Shown here: positions 8,404 to 18,394 of the stretch, piece by piece
Position numbering within the stretch: position 1 is the first letter of the stretch
Layout of the letters: the number at the start of each line of letters is the position of its first letter
From: an uncultured Azospirillum sp.
Lineage (GTDB): Bacteria > Pseudomonadota > Alphaproteobacteria > RF32 > CAG-239
Reading direction: 5' to 3'
NCBI GenBank assembly: GCA_947301965.1
Contig: CAMYUM010000003.1
Coordinates: 30,127 to 94,126 of the forward strand
Length of the DNA: 64,000 bases
Notes under the pieces: generated by a model
The model's input: the letters and a program-made list of their open reading frames with translations, nothing else
Databases searched by the model: none
Told to the model about the DNA's origin: nothing
Position numbers and translations under genes: made by a program

Positions 8404-11400
8404 TTATTCAAATGCGTACCTCAGAGATAGCATTCCGGTGTGTTCTTGGTATCCGGAACGATAAGTTCCCATATATGATACGGCAGCAGAAATGTTTTCG
8501 GTCAGTGATTTTGCAAAGCTTAGGCTCGTTTCATAACCTAAACGACGCAATTTGTCGCCGTCGACAACATAACCGCTTCCATTGGACAGATATACATGAG
8601 TGTTGTTTTTGTCAGCCATAAAGTCATAGGTTAAACCGAGATAGGCTTCTGCCCGAATATCATATATTTCTCTGGCAAATCTTAAACTGATGACACCCCG
8701 CAAAATATCAGCATTGTCGGCAGATACTTTTTGAGCGGCGCTATCGGTATATCGGTCTCGTTTGATGTGATAGTAGCGGAAACCTGCTTCCGGTGTGAAA
8801 TATTCAAATTGATAACCGGCCATGCTTGCAACAGATGCAACCCATACGTCATATCTGGCGTTATAAGTATCATCAAGAGCATATTTCTTTTCTTTATAAT
8901 TCGATTGTCCGTAGGAAATAATTCCATTGATAAACTGTCGGCAAGGCTTGTATTCCCCATAAACAAAGCCGGTGACAGAATTTATGTCTATGTCTCGGGA
9001 CATAATATCAACGTCTGTTCTGTCAATTTGTAAACCGGCACCGAACTTGTAAGCGCGGTCTAATTCTTTTTCAAGACCAAATATAATGCCGCGGCTGTTG
9101 GAGTTTGAACCATCAATATTTTGGCGAGTACGCATCTTGGTATCGCTCAAATAAGGATTGCCCCAGGCGGTAACGTCGCTGAATTCGTCACTCGATAATA
9201 AACCGATTTGTTTGTTGCGGAGATATGAATCAACGGTCTTAAATAAAATGGAATTTTGTTCTGTTACGGTATTTTGGACAACCGCAGTTTCTGTCGGAGC
9301 AAGAGCCTTGAGGTTATGGACAAATCCGGCAGCATCATGTTGCGCCAAAGCGGCAAGTTTATCTGCAGCAATTGCACCGCTCGATCCTTCGGCAAAAGGA
9401 GCTTCATCTACCCATGCTCCGGCGGCATTTGCTACCCAAGATCTGGCTCCTTGCTCTTTAGCAACATCTGCAGCAGTTGATTTTTGAAGAATAGAGAAAA
9501 CACCAAACTTGCCTTTGGTCTTGATAAATTTGTACATATTGTTTTCGGCAACATCAACGCCTTCTTCGGTATGTGATACATCTTTATCAGCAAAATCACC
9601 GTTGTGGCTGCCGGCTTTAATTAAAGTTACTTCGCCATAATTGATGCCTTGAGCCAGAGTAGCTTTTAGTTTTGCTCCGCTGTTGATGGTCATGTCGTCA
9701 GTAATATTTAACAGGCCGTGCTGTCCATCTTCAAGACCATTAATTTTTAATGATAATGTGGATGAACTATCAAGTTTCATAGATTTGAGATTAACGGTGT
9801 TGGCGCCAATGTCTATCTTAGAGTTTTTGGCGTTTATTGTATCGGTATTATCCAAATAATTTGAACCGACTTTTAATGTAGAATTATTAACATTAATTTT
9901 ATTGCCGCTGATGGTGTTGGACAGTGTCCAGTTATTGTTGACGTTGATTACGCCGTTGTTATTTGTGCTTGAGATTGCATTTGTAAGAGCGGTGCCGGTT
10001 TTCAAATTTAAAGTGCCATTGTTTGTAATATCGCCGTTAACAATAGTGTTAACCAAGTTTATTGTTCCGTTGTTTACGACGGAATTGCCAATTGTAGAAT
10101 TCTTTGTGGTCAAATTACCGGTATTGGTAATGTTGGCGTTGGTAACAGAGCCGTTTAACTGATTTGTTCCGGAAGTGGTCATATTAAACGCGGTAGCGCC
10201 GGTAATTGTGCCGTTGATAATGCTGTCTTTAATGCCTACGGTTGCGCTGCCGTTAGTAACATTTGCTATGGTAGAAGCCCCGCTGACGGTTACGTTATCA
10301 AAGTTTAACGCAGTAGCACCTTCGCCAAGTTGGAAACCATGTCCGTTAAGGTTGAGAGTTTCTGCAGCACCGCCGGAGATACCTTTGATGTTTAATGTTC
10401 CTTTGGTGTCACCCAAATCGTCGCCCACATTATATGTCTTACCTTGTTGATTAGCCGTAAAGTTTTTGGTTGCATTGGTAGTGTCGTTGTTGACCAATTT
10501 CAGAGTATCACCAAGAGAGGTGTCGGTAGTCGTGCCACCATCACGTCTTGAAAAAGCAACCTCAATTGAGAGTTTGTCGTCGCTCAATCCTAATTTGCCA
10601 TAATCGGTGCTGGCGGTGGTGGTGTGTTCCTGATATACTTTGTTCCAAGCGGTATTTGCTTCGATAGTATCTGTTGAAGTGGTCGCTCCCGATGTTCCAA
10701 TAATGTATTCCGTTGAATTAAATGCTGCTTGTACGGCACTACTCAATGCCAGTTTGAGGGTGCTTGATGTCGCCGGATTTAAGACTTGTACGCTGAAATC
10801 ATCGGCGAGAGAAGTTGTTGACGGATCCAAGATATTAACGGAAGTCAGGGTGAGAGTTCCGGAAGAGGCATTGGTCAAATTAAACGTATCGACGGAAGAA
10901 CTTGATAGATTCATATCTATGGCCAAATTGCCGTTACCGTTAATAGCACCGATGTCATGAGATGTGATGGTTCCGTTTGAAACAGTGATTGTTCCACTAT
11001 TTGCGTTTAACGTTCCTGCAACTTCGGCTCCACTATTTAGTGTCAACGTACTATTAACATATGTTGTACCGGTTCCGGCAATAGTCTTTGCCAATACGCC
11101 GGATAAGTACAAATTACTGCTGTTGGTGATACTTGAATCGGCAATATTTGCCGCGGTTGTGGTTAAATTACCGGTATTGGTAATGTTGGCGTTGGTAACG
11201 GCTCCATTTAATTGGCTGGTTCCGGAAGTGGTCATATTAAACGCGGTATCGCCAGTGATTGTACCATTGAGAATACTGTTTGTAACACCGATTGTAGCAG
11301 AACCGTTAGTAACGGTAGCTATGGCAGAACTTGAATTGACGGTTACGTCATTAAAGTTTAATGCGGTAGCATCATCACCGACTTGAAAACCCTGATGTGA

Positions 11401-14400
11401 GGCAAGATTAAGTGTCTCAGCGTTGCCGCCAGATACACCGTTGATGTTAACAGTGCCGTTGGTTGCACCTAAATCATCACTGAGGTTATATGTCGCACCT
11501 TGTTGATTAGCAGTAAAGTTCTTGGTCGTATTAATTGTATCTTGGTTAACCAACTTTAAGGTATCACCCAAAGGACCATCGTCAACTCTGTCTCCTTGAA
11601 CGGTTGTTTCATGATCTTGTATATAACCAATGGAATCATTAGTAGTAGTTGTTGTTGTAAGACCTATAGTTCCGTAATGTTCTATGGTATCTTCTCTATG
11701 CCAACTAGAGAGTTGGTCGTTCCAATTTGTTGTTGCAGTTATTTGATCTGACCCTGTAACGGTTTGTGTAGTTTCAAATAACTTATGTATGTCGCTACCA
11801 CCTAGCTGTGATATAACCGCATCGGATAAAGCGAGCTGTAGGGCAGATCCGGAGGCATTATTTATTATTTGTACTTTATAATTGGCATCTACTCCGGTAA
11901 AGTCTCCGGTGAGGTTCAAATGTGATAGAGTTATGGTGCCGGCAGAATTGTTTGTGGCAGAAATGACATCAGCCTGTTTGCCTGAGGCGTCAAAATCTAT
12001 GGTATAATTTACATTGGCATTACTGTTAAGGTGATTTATTGCATATGTATCATATGAAGACGTGTTGCCGAGATTTATAGAACCGGCAGTAAAGTTAACG
12101 GTGTTGGCATTGGTAAATGTATCCGTGTTAAAAATTAATCCACCGTTACTATCGTTCATAGTTGCATTTGCCATGCCGACGGTTCCATTGATGGTATTAT
12201 TACCGCTTAATGTTAATCCGTAAGCGGCAGTACTTGCGGCAATATTACCATTGAGAATACTGTTTGTAACACCGATTGTAGCAGAACCGTTAGTAACGGT
12301 AGCTATGGCAGAACTTGAATTGACGGTTACGTCATTAAAGTTTAATGCGGTAGCATCATCACCGACTTGAAAACCCTGATGTGAGGCAAGATTAAGTGTC
12401 TCAGCGTTGCCGCCAGATACACCGTTGATGTTAACAGTGCCGTTGGTTGCACCTAAATCATCACTGAGGTTATATGTCGCACCTTGTTGATTAGCAGTAA
12501 AGTTCTTGGTCGTATTAATTGTATCTTGGTTAACCAACTTTAAGGTATCACCCATGTTCTCGTAGGAAGTATCACCGCCTTCTGTTCTGGTAACTGTAAT
12601 GCCAATAGAGTCATCTGTCGTGGTCTTTGTTTTCAGGCCTAGTTGTCCGTAGATTTCTTTATCGGAAATAACGGTTGTTTGATATATTTTGTCCCATGCT
12701 GTTGTGGTAGCAATTGCTTCGTCGGTTGTTGAACCTTCGATCGTTTCTAATAAATGTTCTGAGTCCAGGCCTGATGCAAGTTGCAATTTTAAAGTAGAAT
12801 CGGCATTTCCATTACTAATAATTTGTATTACGTCTTCAGTACTTAAATCTTCGTAATTGCCAATAATATTAATATTCCCAATGGTAATGGTTCCGTGAGA
12901 CTCTGCTGTTGTAGTAATCTTGTCTGCCGTTTTTTCGGTAGCATCAACGTCAATTTTATAGATTAAGCCATTTGAACCTAGCTCAACTGTGTTAATGGTG
13001 TTTGAATCAATATGATCATTAATTTGATTGATTTCTCCGCTATTGTTATCGGTTGTCAGCAAGGCAATTTGATTAAAATTTCCGTAGGTGATGTCGCCAT
13101 TTGTTTGAGTAATTTTACCTAAAATTAATTTAGCACCATTGTATAAATTTACGTTACTGTTAAGTATGTCGTTGTTAAATACATAAGTTCCGCCCTGAAT
13201 GCCGGTTTTGTTGTTAATGTTGATTGTACCTGAAGAATAAAGTCTGCCGCCAAATGAAATTTTTTGCCCCTCGGCAGCGTTTAGTGATATCGTACCGCCA
13301 TCATTGAATATATCACTATAATTTTCGCCGGCTTTGTTGTTATAAAAAACGATATCTCCATCATCACTTGTAGCATCTATAGATATTGTTCCTCGGTTGT
13401 ATATTGCTCCGCCTTTTCCCCCTGCAATATTGCCGAGAAAACTTCCACGGATGCTGCCATATGTGGCGTTACTACCTACATAGATGGCACCACCGGAGCC
13501 ACCGGCTTTGTTGTTAATAAAGTCTCCGATAATGTTATTTATTTTGCTGTTGGTGTTCGTATAGGTATATATTGCTCCGCCATCCTCACCGGCAGTGTTG
13601 GCAATAAAGTCACTGGTAATGGTACCAATAGTGGCACTGTTATGATAGATTGCTCCAGCTTTCCTGAGAGCACTATTACCAATAAAATCACCGGTGATAT
13701 AATTTCTATTTCCTTGTTTTGTATATATTGCACCACCACCATCAGTAGGTTTGGAGGGGGCATCAACTTGCCATAAACCTTCAGATCTGTTACCAATAAA
13801 ATTACCGCGTATTTCATTGATTGTCTGGTCCGTTCCAAGATTTAGCGCGCCGGCATTTTCCTTATATGCTACGTTGCCAATAAAATTGCCAATGACGGAA
13901 GTTATTTTAGTTTTACCACTAATTGCGACAGCTCCGCCTCCATATTTGTGTATGGTAGAATTGTTGATGAAATCACTTTGAATAGTGTCAGTATAGGTGT
14001 GTGCAGAAGTGCTTTTAAGAAATACTGCACCACCTTGACCTGCTTCTTCAATATTAAAAAATAATTTATTATTAACAGCAAGTGTTGCCTCTTCGTCTCC
14101 GCTTCCACTTTCATTTGCGTAACGTGTTTCTGTTTCGGTATAACCAGTGGGCAGAGTATATTGATATATATAGTCTTTGACTGGTGAATCGCCGATGACA
14201 TGTGGTATTTCGAACGAGATTGATCCGGTGGCTGTTGATGTTCCTTCATTCCAAGAAGGATCGGCAGTTCCTGATGTCCAAGATATATTATCAATATCTT
14301 TAAGATTGATGTTGTAATATTGTGTATTACCGCTTCCATCATTGACGGCAAAGTCGTAGCTTTCGGATGTTGCATTAGACCGTTCCCATGCGGTTTCTGC

Positions 14401-14514
14401 TGCCGCTGTTGTCGGTAAGAAAAAGACACCGCAAAGTAAACTGACTGTTGTAGTCAATCTGTGGATTCTTAAGTTTTTTATCGGTTTGTAAGTCAACATT
14501 AGTTTTTCCGTCAC
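8404..14514 (-). CDS. giant autotransporter (2036 aa) with polymorphic-membrane-protein (Pmp)-type GGAI/FxxN repeats, ~330-aa tandem passenger repeats and a C-terminal beta-barrel translocator
   Basis: N-terminal signal (LLCGVFFLPTTAAA); repeated GGAIY/GGAVF + FIGN/FINN motifs; C-terminal ~280 aa ending ...LSLRYAFE with aromatic terminus typical of autotransporter barrels. Confidence 0.8.
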   Translation of the reverse strand: MTEKLMLTYKPIKNLRIHRLTTTVSLLCGVFFLPTTAAAETAWERSNATSESYDFAVNDGSGNTQYYNINLKDIDNISWTSGTADPSWNEGTSTATGSISFEIPHVIGDSPVKDYIYQYTLPTGYTETETRYANESGSGDEEATLAVNNKLFFNIEEAGQGGAVFLKSTSAHTYTDTIQSDFINNSTIHKYGGGAVAISGKTKITSVIGNFIGNVAYKENAGALNLGTDQTINEIRGNFIGNRSEGLWQVDAPSKPTDGGGAIYTKQGNRNYITGDFIGNSALRKAGAIYHNSATIGTITSDFIANTAGEDGGAIYTYTNTNSKINNIIGDFINNKAGGSGGAIYVGSNATYGSIRGSFLGNIAGGKGGAIYNRGTISIDATSDDGDIVFYNNKAGENYSDIFNDGGTISLNAAEGQKISFGGRLYSSGTININNKTGIQGGTYVFNNDILNSNVNLYNGAKLILGKITQTNGDITYGNFNQIALLTTDNNSGEINQINDHIDSNTINTVELGSNGLIYKIDVDATEKTADKITTTAESHGTITIGNINIIGNYEDLSTEDVIQIISNGNADSTLKLQLASGLDSEHLLETIEGSTTDEAIATTTAWDKIYQTTVISDKEIYGQLGLKTKTTTDDSIGITVTRTEGGDTSYENMGDTLKLVNQDTINTTKNFTANQQGATYNLSDDLGATNGTVNINGVSGGNAETLNLASHQGFQVGDDATALNFNDVTVNSSSAIATVTNGSATIGVTNSILNGNIAASTAAYGLTLSGNNTINGTVGMANATMNDSNGGLIFNTDTFTNANTVNFTAGSINLGNTSSYDTYAINHLNSNANVNYTIDFDASGKQADVISATNNSAGTITLSHLNLTGDFTGVDANYKVQIINNASGSALQLALSDAVISQLGGSDIHKLFETTQTVTGSDQITATTNWNDQLSSWHREDTIEHYGTIGLTTTTTTNDSIGYIQDHETTVQGDRVDDGPLGDTLKLVNQDTINTTKNFTANQQGATYNLSDDLGATNGTVNINGVSGGNAETLNLASHQGFQVGDDATALNFNDVTVNSSSAIATVTNGSATIGVTNSILNGTITGDTAFNMTTSGTSQLNGAVTNANITNTGNLTTTAANIADSSITNSSNLYLSGVLAKTIAGTGTTYVNSTLTLNSGAEVAGTLNANSGTITVSNGTITSHDIGAINGNGNLAIDMNLSSSSVDTFNLTNASSGTLTLTSVNILDPSTTSLADDFSVQVLNPATSSTLKLALSSAVQAAFNSTEYIIGTSGATTSTDTIEANTAWNKVYQEHTTTASTDYGKLGLSDDKLSIEVAFSRRDGGTTTDTSLGDTLKLVNNDTTNATKNFTANQQGKTYNVGDDLGDTKGTLNIKGISGGAAETLNLNGHGFQLGEGATALNFDNVTVSGASTIANVTNGSATVGIKDSIINGTITGATAFNMTTSGTNQLNGSVTNANITNTGNLTTKNSTIGNSVVNNGTINLVNTIVNGDITNNGTLNLKTGTALTNAISSTNNNGVINVNNNWTLSNTISGNKINVNNSTLKVGSNYLDNTDTINAKNSKIDIGANTVNLKSMKLDSSSTLSLKINGLEDGQHGLLNITDDMTINSGAKLKATLAQGINYGEVTLIKAGSHNGDFADKDVSHTEEGVDVAENNMYKFIKTKGKFGVFSILQKSTAADVAKEQGARSWVANAAGAWVDEAPFAEGSSGAIAADKLAALAQHDAAGFVHNLKALAPTETAVVQNTVTEQNSILFKTVDSYLRNKQIGLLSSDEFSDVTAWGNPYLSDTKMRTRQNIDGSNSNSRGIIFGLEKELDRAYKFGAGLQIDRTDVDIMSRDIDINSVTGFVYGEYKPCRQFINGIISYGQSNYKEKKYALDDTYNARYDVWVASVASMAGYQFEYFTPEAGFRYYHIKRDRYTDSAAQKVSADNADILRGVISLRFAREIYDIRAEAYLGLTYDFMADKNNTHVYLSNGSGYVVDGDKLRRLGYETSLSFAKSLTENISAAVSYMGTYRSGYQEHTGMLSLRYAFE
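11264..11570. repeat. 307-bp segment identical to 12248-12554 (intragenic tandem repeat unit, period ~984 bp)
   Basis: read directly: identical string ccattgagaatactgtttgtaacaccgattg...ggtatcaccca at both positions. Confidence 0.85.
12248..12554. repeat. second copy of the identical 307-bp segment; a diverged third unit lies at ~10120-10520
   Basis: as above; encodes duplicated DTLKLVNQDTINTTKNFTANQQGATYNLSDD... block. Confidence 0.85.
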
Positions 14515-14604
14515 GTCAAATCTGTATAAGTGTGGTATTACAGACTTTCCAAGTATATTTTATAAAATTTAAAAAAGTTTTAAATTTACGAGTAAAAGGT
14601 ATTT

Positions 14605-16893
14605 TTATCGTCCGTTGTTTTGGTTTTTGCTTAGTGGCAAAATAGTCTTATTGTCTCTAAGCTGTTGCTCGTCAGGTATGCTGGCAATAAGATTATTGGT
14701 TTTATAAAGCCATTGCTTGAAAGCAGGTATGTTCTCTCGGGGCAAAACATATTGCTTACTTGCGCCAAAGTAAGATAAAATCAAAATTTTTTGGTCTTTT
14801 TGCTTTTCAAGTGTCTGCCAAAGCTGTGATTTTAGGCCGTGATCTGCTACGAAGAAGCTACCATCACCGCGTTTAAGTTTCCACTGGTATATAAATTGTG
14901 CCTTAATGGTGTCTGTCTGTTCAATTTGTCTTCCTTGAACACACTGTTTCTTGGGCCTTGATGGCTTGTCAGCTGTTGTTTTAGGAGCTTTTGTCTTACG
15001 AGGTATGCTCTCACCTTTTTGATAGACTGTAAAACCACCAATTTGATAAAGTTTTTGCTTGAAAGCGGGTATGTTTTCTTTAGGCAGAACAAAAGCGTAT
15101 TGAACCTGAACCAAAAGACCATTGTTTTCTTGTTTTTTGATGGTGTTCCAGAGTTGAGATTTTTGTTTGTAAGAGAGTTTTTTCCCATCGCTTGTGAACA
15201 AACGCCATCCGGCACAAAAGGAAGTTTGTGTAATATCAGTTTCAGTCCTCTGGCGCACATGGGGAGCAGGTTTTTTAGGGAATTTTGTTTTTGAGGCAAT
15301 GATGCCTTTTTCCGTTAAAAGCCATCGTTCAAGTGCAGGAATGTTTTCTTCGGGTAAAACATAAGTTCGGTTATTGCCACTAAAAGCATAAATGAAAAAT
15401 TTGTTACGATTTAAAGATTTAAATTCCTTAAAAAGTGCAGATTTTGCTTTTGTACCCTTAATGGATTGTCCGTCAAGCCCATTTAGGTGCCAGTAGCGGA
15501 ATTGTGTTGTTGAAAGGTCGGTTTCAAGCTTTTGGCGTAATGATAGGGTGTCGTTGAGGATTTTTGTCTCTGATGCAATGATGCCCTTTGCTGTAAGAAG
15601 CCATTGCTGGAAGGCGGGTATATTTTCTTGTGGCAAGACATATTGTTTGTAAGTTTTAGATTTGCCGTGTTTAACTGGGATGAAGAGGTTTTGTTGGTTT
15701 AATAGGCATTCTTCAAAAAGTAAGGATTTGGTTTTATGATTCCAGATAGGGTCATTATTTTTATCTCTTACAAACCAAGATCTGCAAAAGTTGTTCTTAG
15801 TTAAATCAGTTTTAAGCAATTGTCTTAAGGGTTCCAGGGGTTTCTGAGCAATTAACCCTTTTTGTTTGATAAGCCATTGCTGAAAAGCGGGTATATTTTC
15901 TTGAGGTAAAACAATAACAGGATGTGCTGAAGAAACACAGACAAATAGATTTGGATTTTTGGATTTAACTTCTTCAAAGAGTGCGATTTTAGTTTCGTAG
16001 TTTAGGACTTTGCCTTTTTCAGACATTATCAGCCAAGAGGTAGAAAATTGTGATTTGGTGATATCGGTATTAAGTTTTGCTCTAACGGATTTTAGAGGCT
16101 CTTGAGCTATAATATGTTTTTTTTGCAAAAGCCAATCCTTAAAGAAATGAATGTTCTCCTGAGGTAAAATAAAAGATGTTTTTCCATGTGACGGAACCAT
16201 GATGAATAGGTCTTTGTGTTTTGAAGATTTAAACTCGTTCCAAAGAGAAGTTCTGATTGGTCCTGGCACAGATTTGCCATTTTCGTTAGTTAGAATCCAA
16301 TGAGTATAAAACTGCAGATTGGTCAAATCAGTTTCAAGCACTTTTCGTTGAGATTTTCTTGTTTTTGAAGCTGTAATGCCTTTTTCTTCAATAAGCCATT
16401 GTTGAAATGCAGAGATGTTTTCCTGTGGTAAGGCGAGGGCGGAAAATCCGGTAGTTGAAGCGGTGACGAAAAGTTCTTGATGTGAATTTCGAAAAGTGTT
16501 CCATAGATTGATTCGATCTTGAATGGTGGGGGCTTTGCCGTTTTTGTCTCTTAAATGCCAAGAATGCACAAAATTGCTTATTAAAAGATCCGTATCGAGC
16601 TTGGGTCTTTGTGACTTGGCCAAAATAAGGCCTTTTTCTGCCCAAAGGCGTTTTTTAAAAGCAGGAATGTTTTCTTCGGGTAAAACGTGAATGAAGTGAT
16701 ATTTTGCTGAAAGCTGAATAAAGAGTTCGGGGGCAAATAACACAAGTTCATCCCAAATCTTTAGTTTTTGTTTTCGGTCAATAGCTTTGCCGTTTTGGTC
16801 CTTCAGACCGCATGCTTTGAAGAACTTGTTTCGGGTTAAATCGGTATCAAGTTTGGTGCGTTCATTTTGAGTAAAAGGAGATGTCTCTTCCAT
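14605..16893 (-). CDS. tandem-repeat protein (762 aa; ~8 units of ~88 aa with VLPQENIPAFQQWL...KGIIA and KLxTDLTxxxF..W motifs); function unknown
   Basis: self-similarity obvious in the translation; no signal peptide; Lys-rich. Confidence 0.75.
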   Translation of the reverse strand: MEETSPFTQNERTKLDTDLTRNKFFKACGLKDQNGKAIDRKQKLKIWDELVLFAPELFIQLSAKYHFIHVLPEENIPAFKKRLWAEKGLILAKSQRPKLDTDLLISNFVHSWHLRDKNGKAPTIQDRINLWNTFRNSHQELFVTASTTGFSALALPQENISAFQQWLIEEKGITASKTRKSQRKVLETDLTNLQFYTHWILTNENGKSVPGPIRTSLWNEFKSSKHKDLFIMVPSHGKTSFILPQENIHFFKDWLLQKKHIIAQEPLKSVRAKLNTDITKSQFSTSWLIMSEKGKVLNYETKIALFEEVKSKNPNLFVCVSSAHPVIVLPQENIPAFQQWLIKQKGLIAQKPLEPLRQLLKTDLTKNNFCRSWFVRDKNNDPIWNHKTKSLLFEECLLNQQNLFIPVKHGKSKTYKQYVLPQENIPAFQQWLLTAKGIIASETKILNDTLSLRQKLETDLSTTQFRYWHLNGLDGQSIKGTKAKSALFKEFKSLNRNKFFIYAFSGNNRTYVLPEENIPALERWLLTEKGIIASKTKFPKKPAPHVRQRTETDITQTSFCAGWRLFTSDGKKLSYKQKSQLWNTIKKQENNGLLVQVQYAFVLPKENIPAFKQKLYQIGGFTVYQKGESIPRKTKAPKTTADKPSRPKKQCVQGRQIEQTDTIKAQFIYQWKLKRGDGSFFVADHGLKSQLWQTLEKQKDQKILILSYFGASKQYVLPRENIPAFKQWLYKTNNLIASIPDEQQLRDNKTILPLSKNQNNGR

Positions 16894-17063
16894 TAAATCA
16901 ATCCTTATAAGGAGTCAATCTAATTGCCGGGTATAACAGATTTGGGCGGAAAAGTCAATGAAGTTTTGTCCAATATGTCCATTCTAAAAAATGTAAGAGT
17001 TTTTAGGAGTTGCGGACTGTTTTTACATAAATTTAATATATTTTTTTGCTGTTTTGTGTTATC

Positions 17064-18353
17064 ATGGACAAAGATAGGGTGATGGAGACTGCTATGGCTG
17101 AAGATGAGGTAAATGAAGATAAAATCAACACTGAGGGATATAAGCGAGATGCGCAATATCAGGTTGATACCCTTAAAGGTGAATTGTTTAGTGCGGGTGG
17201 TTTTAACCTGACGACAAATGCGTTGACTCTCAATTATTCCGGAGATGACTGGTTTGGAACGGCTTGGGCAGAGCATTATACAACTCTGATCCATGAGCTT
17301 CATCATCATGATAATGCATGGGGGGGAATGTATACATATCCGGTAAGCGCCGAGCAGGCCTATAAAATAAATATGCATGATGAGATTTCGGCCAACCTGG
17401 CAGAGTTGGTTGCGATGCGTGAAGAATATTTGAAAAGCGGAGATATTTCGGTTTTTGATGAAAAGGGCAGTAAGTTTGATTTTTATAAAGAGGCGATTGA
17501 AAATGGCAAAATAGAAGTAAACAGCCAAAATGTTTCTAAATTTAATGATGAAATGGGTTTTATGGCTAACGGAGTCCGCGATATGTGGGAACGTGATCGT
17601 GCAGAAAGTTATATTAAACAAAATTCGAGTAACGCAAAACTTTTTTATGATAAGAGTGGAAAATATGGTCGATATTATGATGAAAATTATCAACGGGCGG
17701 TCAAAAAAGCCTATGATATCGGTGGTATCAATTTCAGTGACTACATGGACAGAGATGTCAATATTCCCGAAAAAGGACGGGAGGCGCTTGATGCAATAAA
17801 GTCGCGGAGCAACGAAATAAGTTTTGACAATAATGTTAAAAATGAACCGATTAACAGCCTTCCGCCGCGCGAGCCGGGGTGGCGTGAGCATGAGGATAAG
17901 GACGGCAGTCGGTTTTCTCCGGTGCAAACAAAATCGATAGTTGATTTAAGAAAACCCGTAATTAATCGTCCGCGGGGCTATGTGGGAGCGGAACAGGGGC
18001 AGCAGGTTAGGTCACCTTCTGACCATCCGGAAGCAAATAGAAAAGTTTTAGTGGAAAAAATGCAATCTCAACCATCTGAAAGGACTGCAAATAATTTTGA
18101 AGAATTAAGAGCAAGATTTAGTGCGGATCATGAGCGTTTGCAACAAGTGCGTGAAAAGTTGGGAAATGGACATGAAGAATTATCCTCGGAATCAAAACTT
18201 TCGGAACATAATCAGGCATCGGGAAAAAGTCTTGCCGAGATAATAAGAGAAAAAAGATTTGAATCGGCAACTCCAAGCCGTCCGGCAAATACACAGCCGT
18301 TTTCCAGAGAAGCAATGCAACGAGCTATGTCAGACCGGCAATCCGGCAGATGA
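17064..18353 (+). CDS. HExxH-motif protein (putative zincin-like metalloprotease fold) with long low-complexity C-terminal tail
   Basis: TLIHELHHHDNAWGG motif; the opposite-strand ORF 16920..17927 has I/F-rich antisense composition; start may be 17064, 17082 or 17095 (GGAGA RBS before 17095). Confidence 0.6.
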   Translation: MDKDRVMETAMAEDEVNEDKINTEGYKRDAQYQVDTLKGELFSAGGFNLTTNALTLNYSGDDWFGTAWAEHYTTLIHELHHHDNAWGGMYTYPVSAEQAYKINMHDEISANLAELVAMREEYLKSGDISVFDEKGSKFDFYKEAIENGKIEVNSQNVSKFNDEMGFMANGVRDMWERDRAESYIKQNSSNAKLFYDKSGKYGRYYDENYQRAVKKAYDIGGINFSDYMDRDVNIPEKGREALDAIKSRSNEISFDNNVKNEPINSLPPREPGWREHEDKDGSRFSPVQTKSIVDLRKPVINRPRGYVGAEQGQQVRSPSDHPEANRKVLVEKMQSQPSERTANNFEELRARFSADHERLQQVREKLGNGHEELSSESKLSEHNQASGKSLAEIIREKRFESATPSRPANTQPFSREAMQRAMSDRQSGR

Positions 18354-18394
18354 GTTTGAAAATACTATAATTTGATTTTTTTGAAAGGTGGAAA

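Noticed and set aside
8731-14429. Numerous 60-175-aa ORFs on both strands inside the 2036-aa autotransporter gene
   Set aside because: Alternate-frame artefacts of a long, repetitive, Gly/Thr/Asn-rich gene. The single 6.1-kb frame with signal peptide and C-terminal barrel explains the region.
16920-17927. 335-aa ORF on the minus strand overlapping the HExxH gene
   Set aside because: Translation is dominated by I/F/K/N runs typical of reading an A/T-rich sense strand backwards. The plus-strand ORF has balanced composition and an HExxH motif, so it is the real gene.
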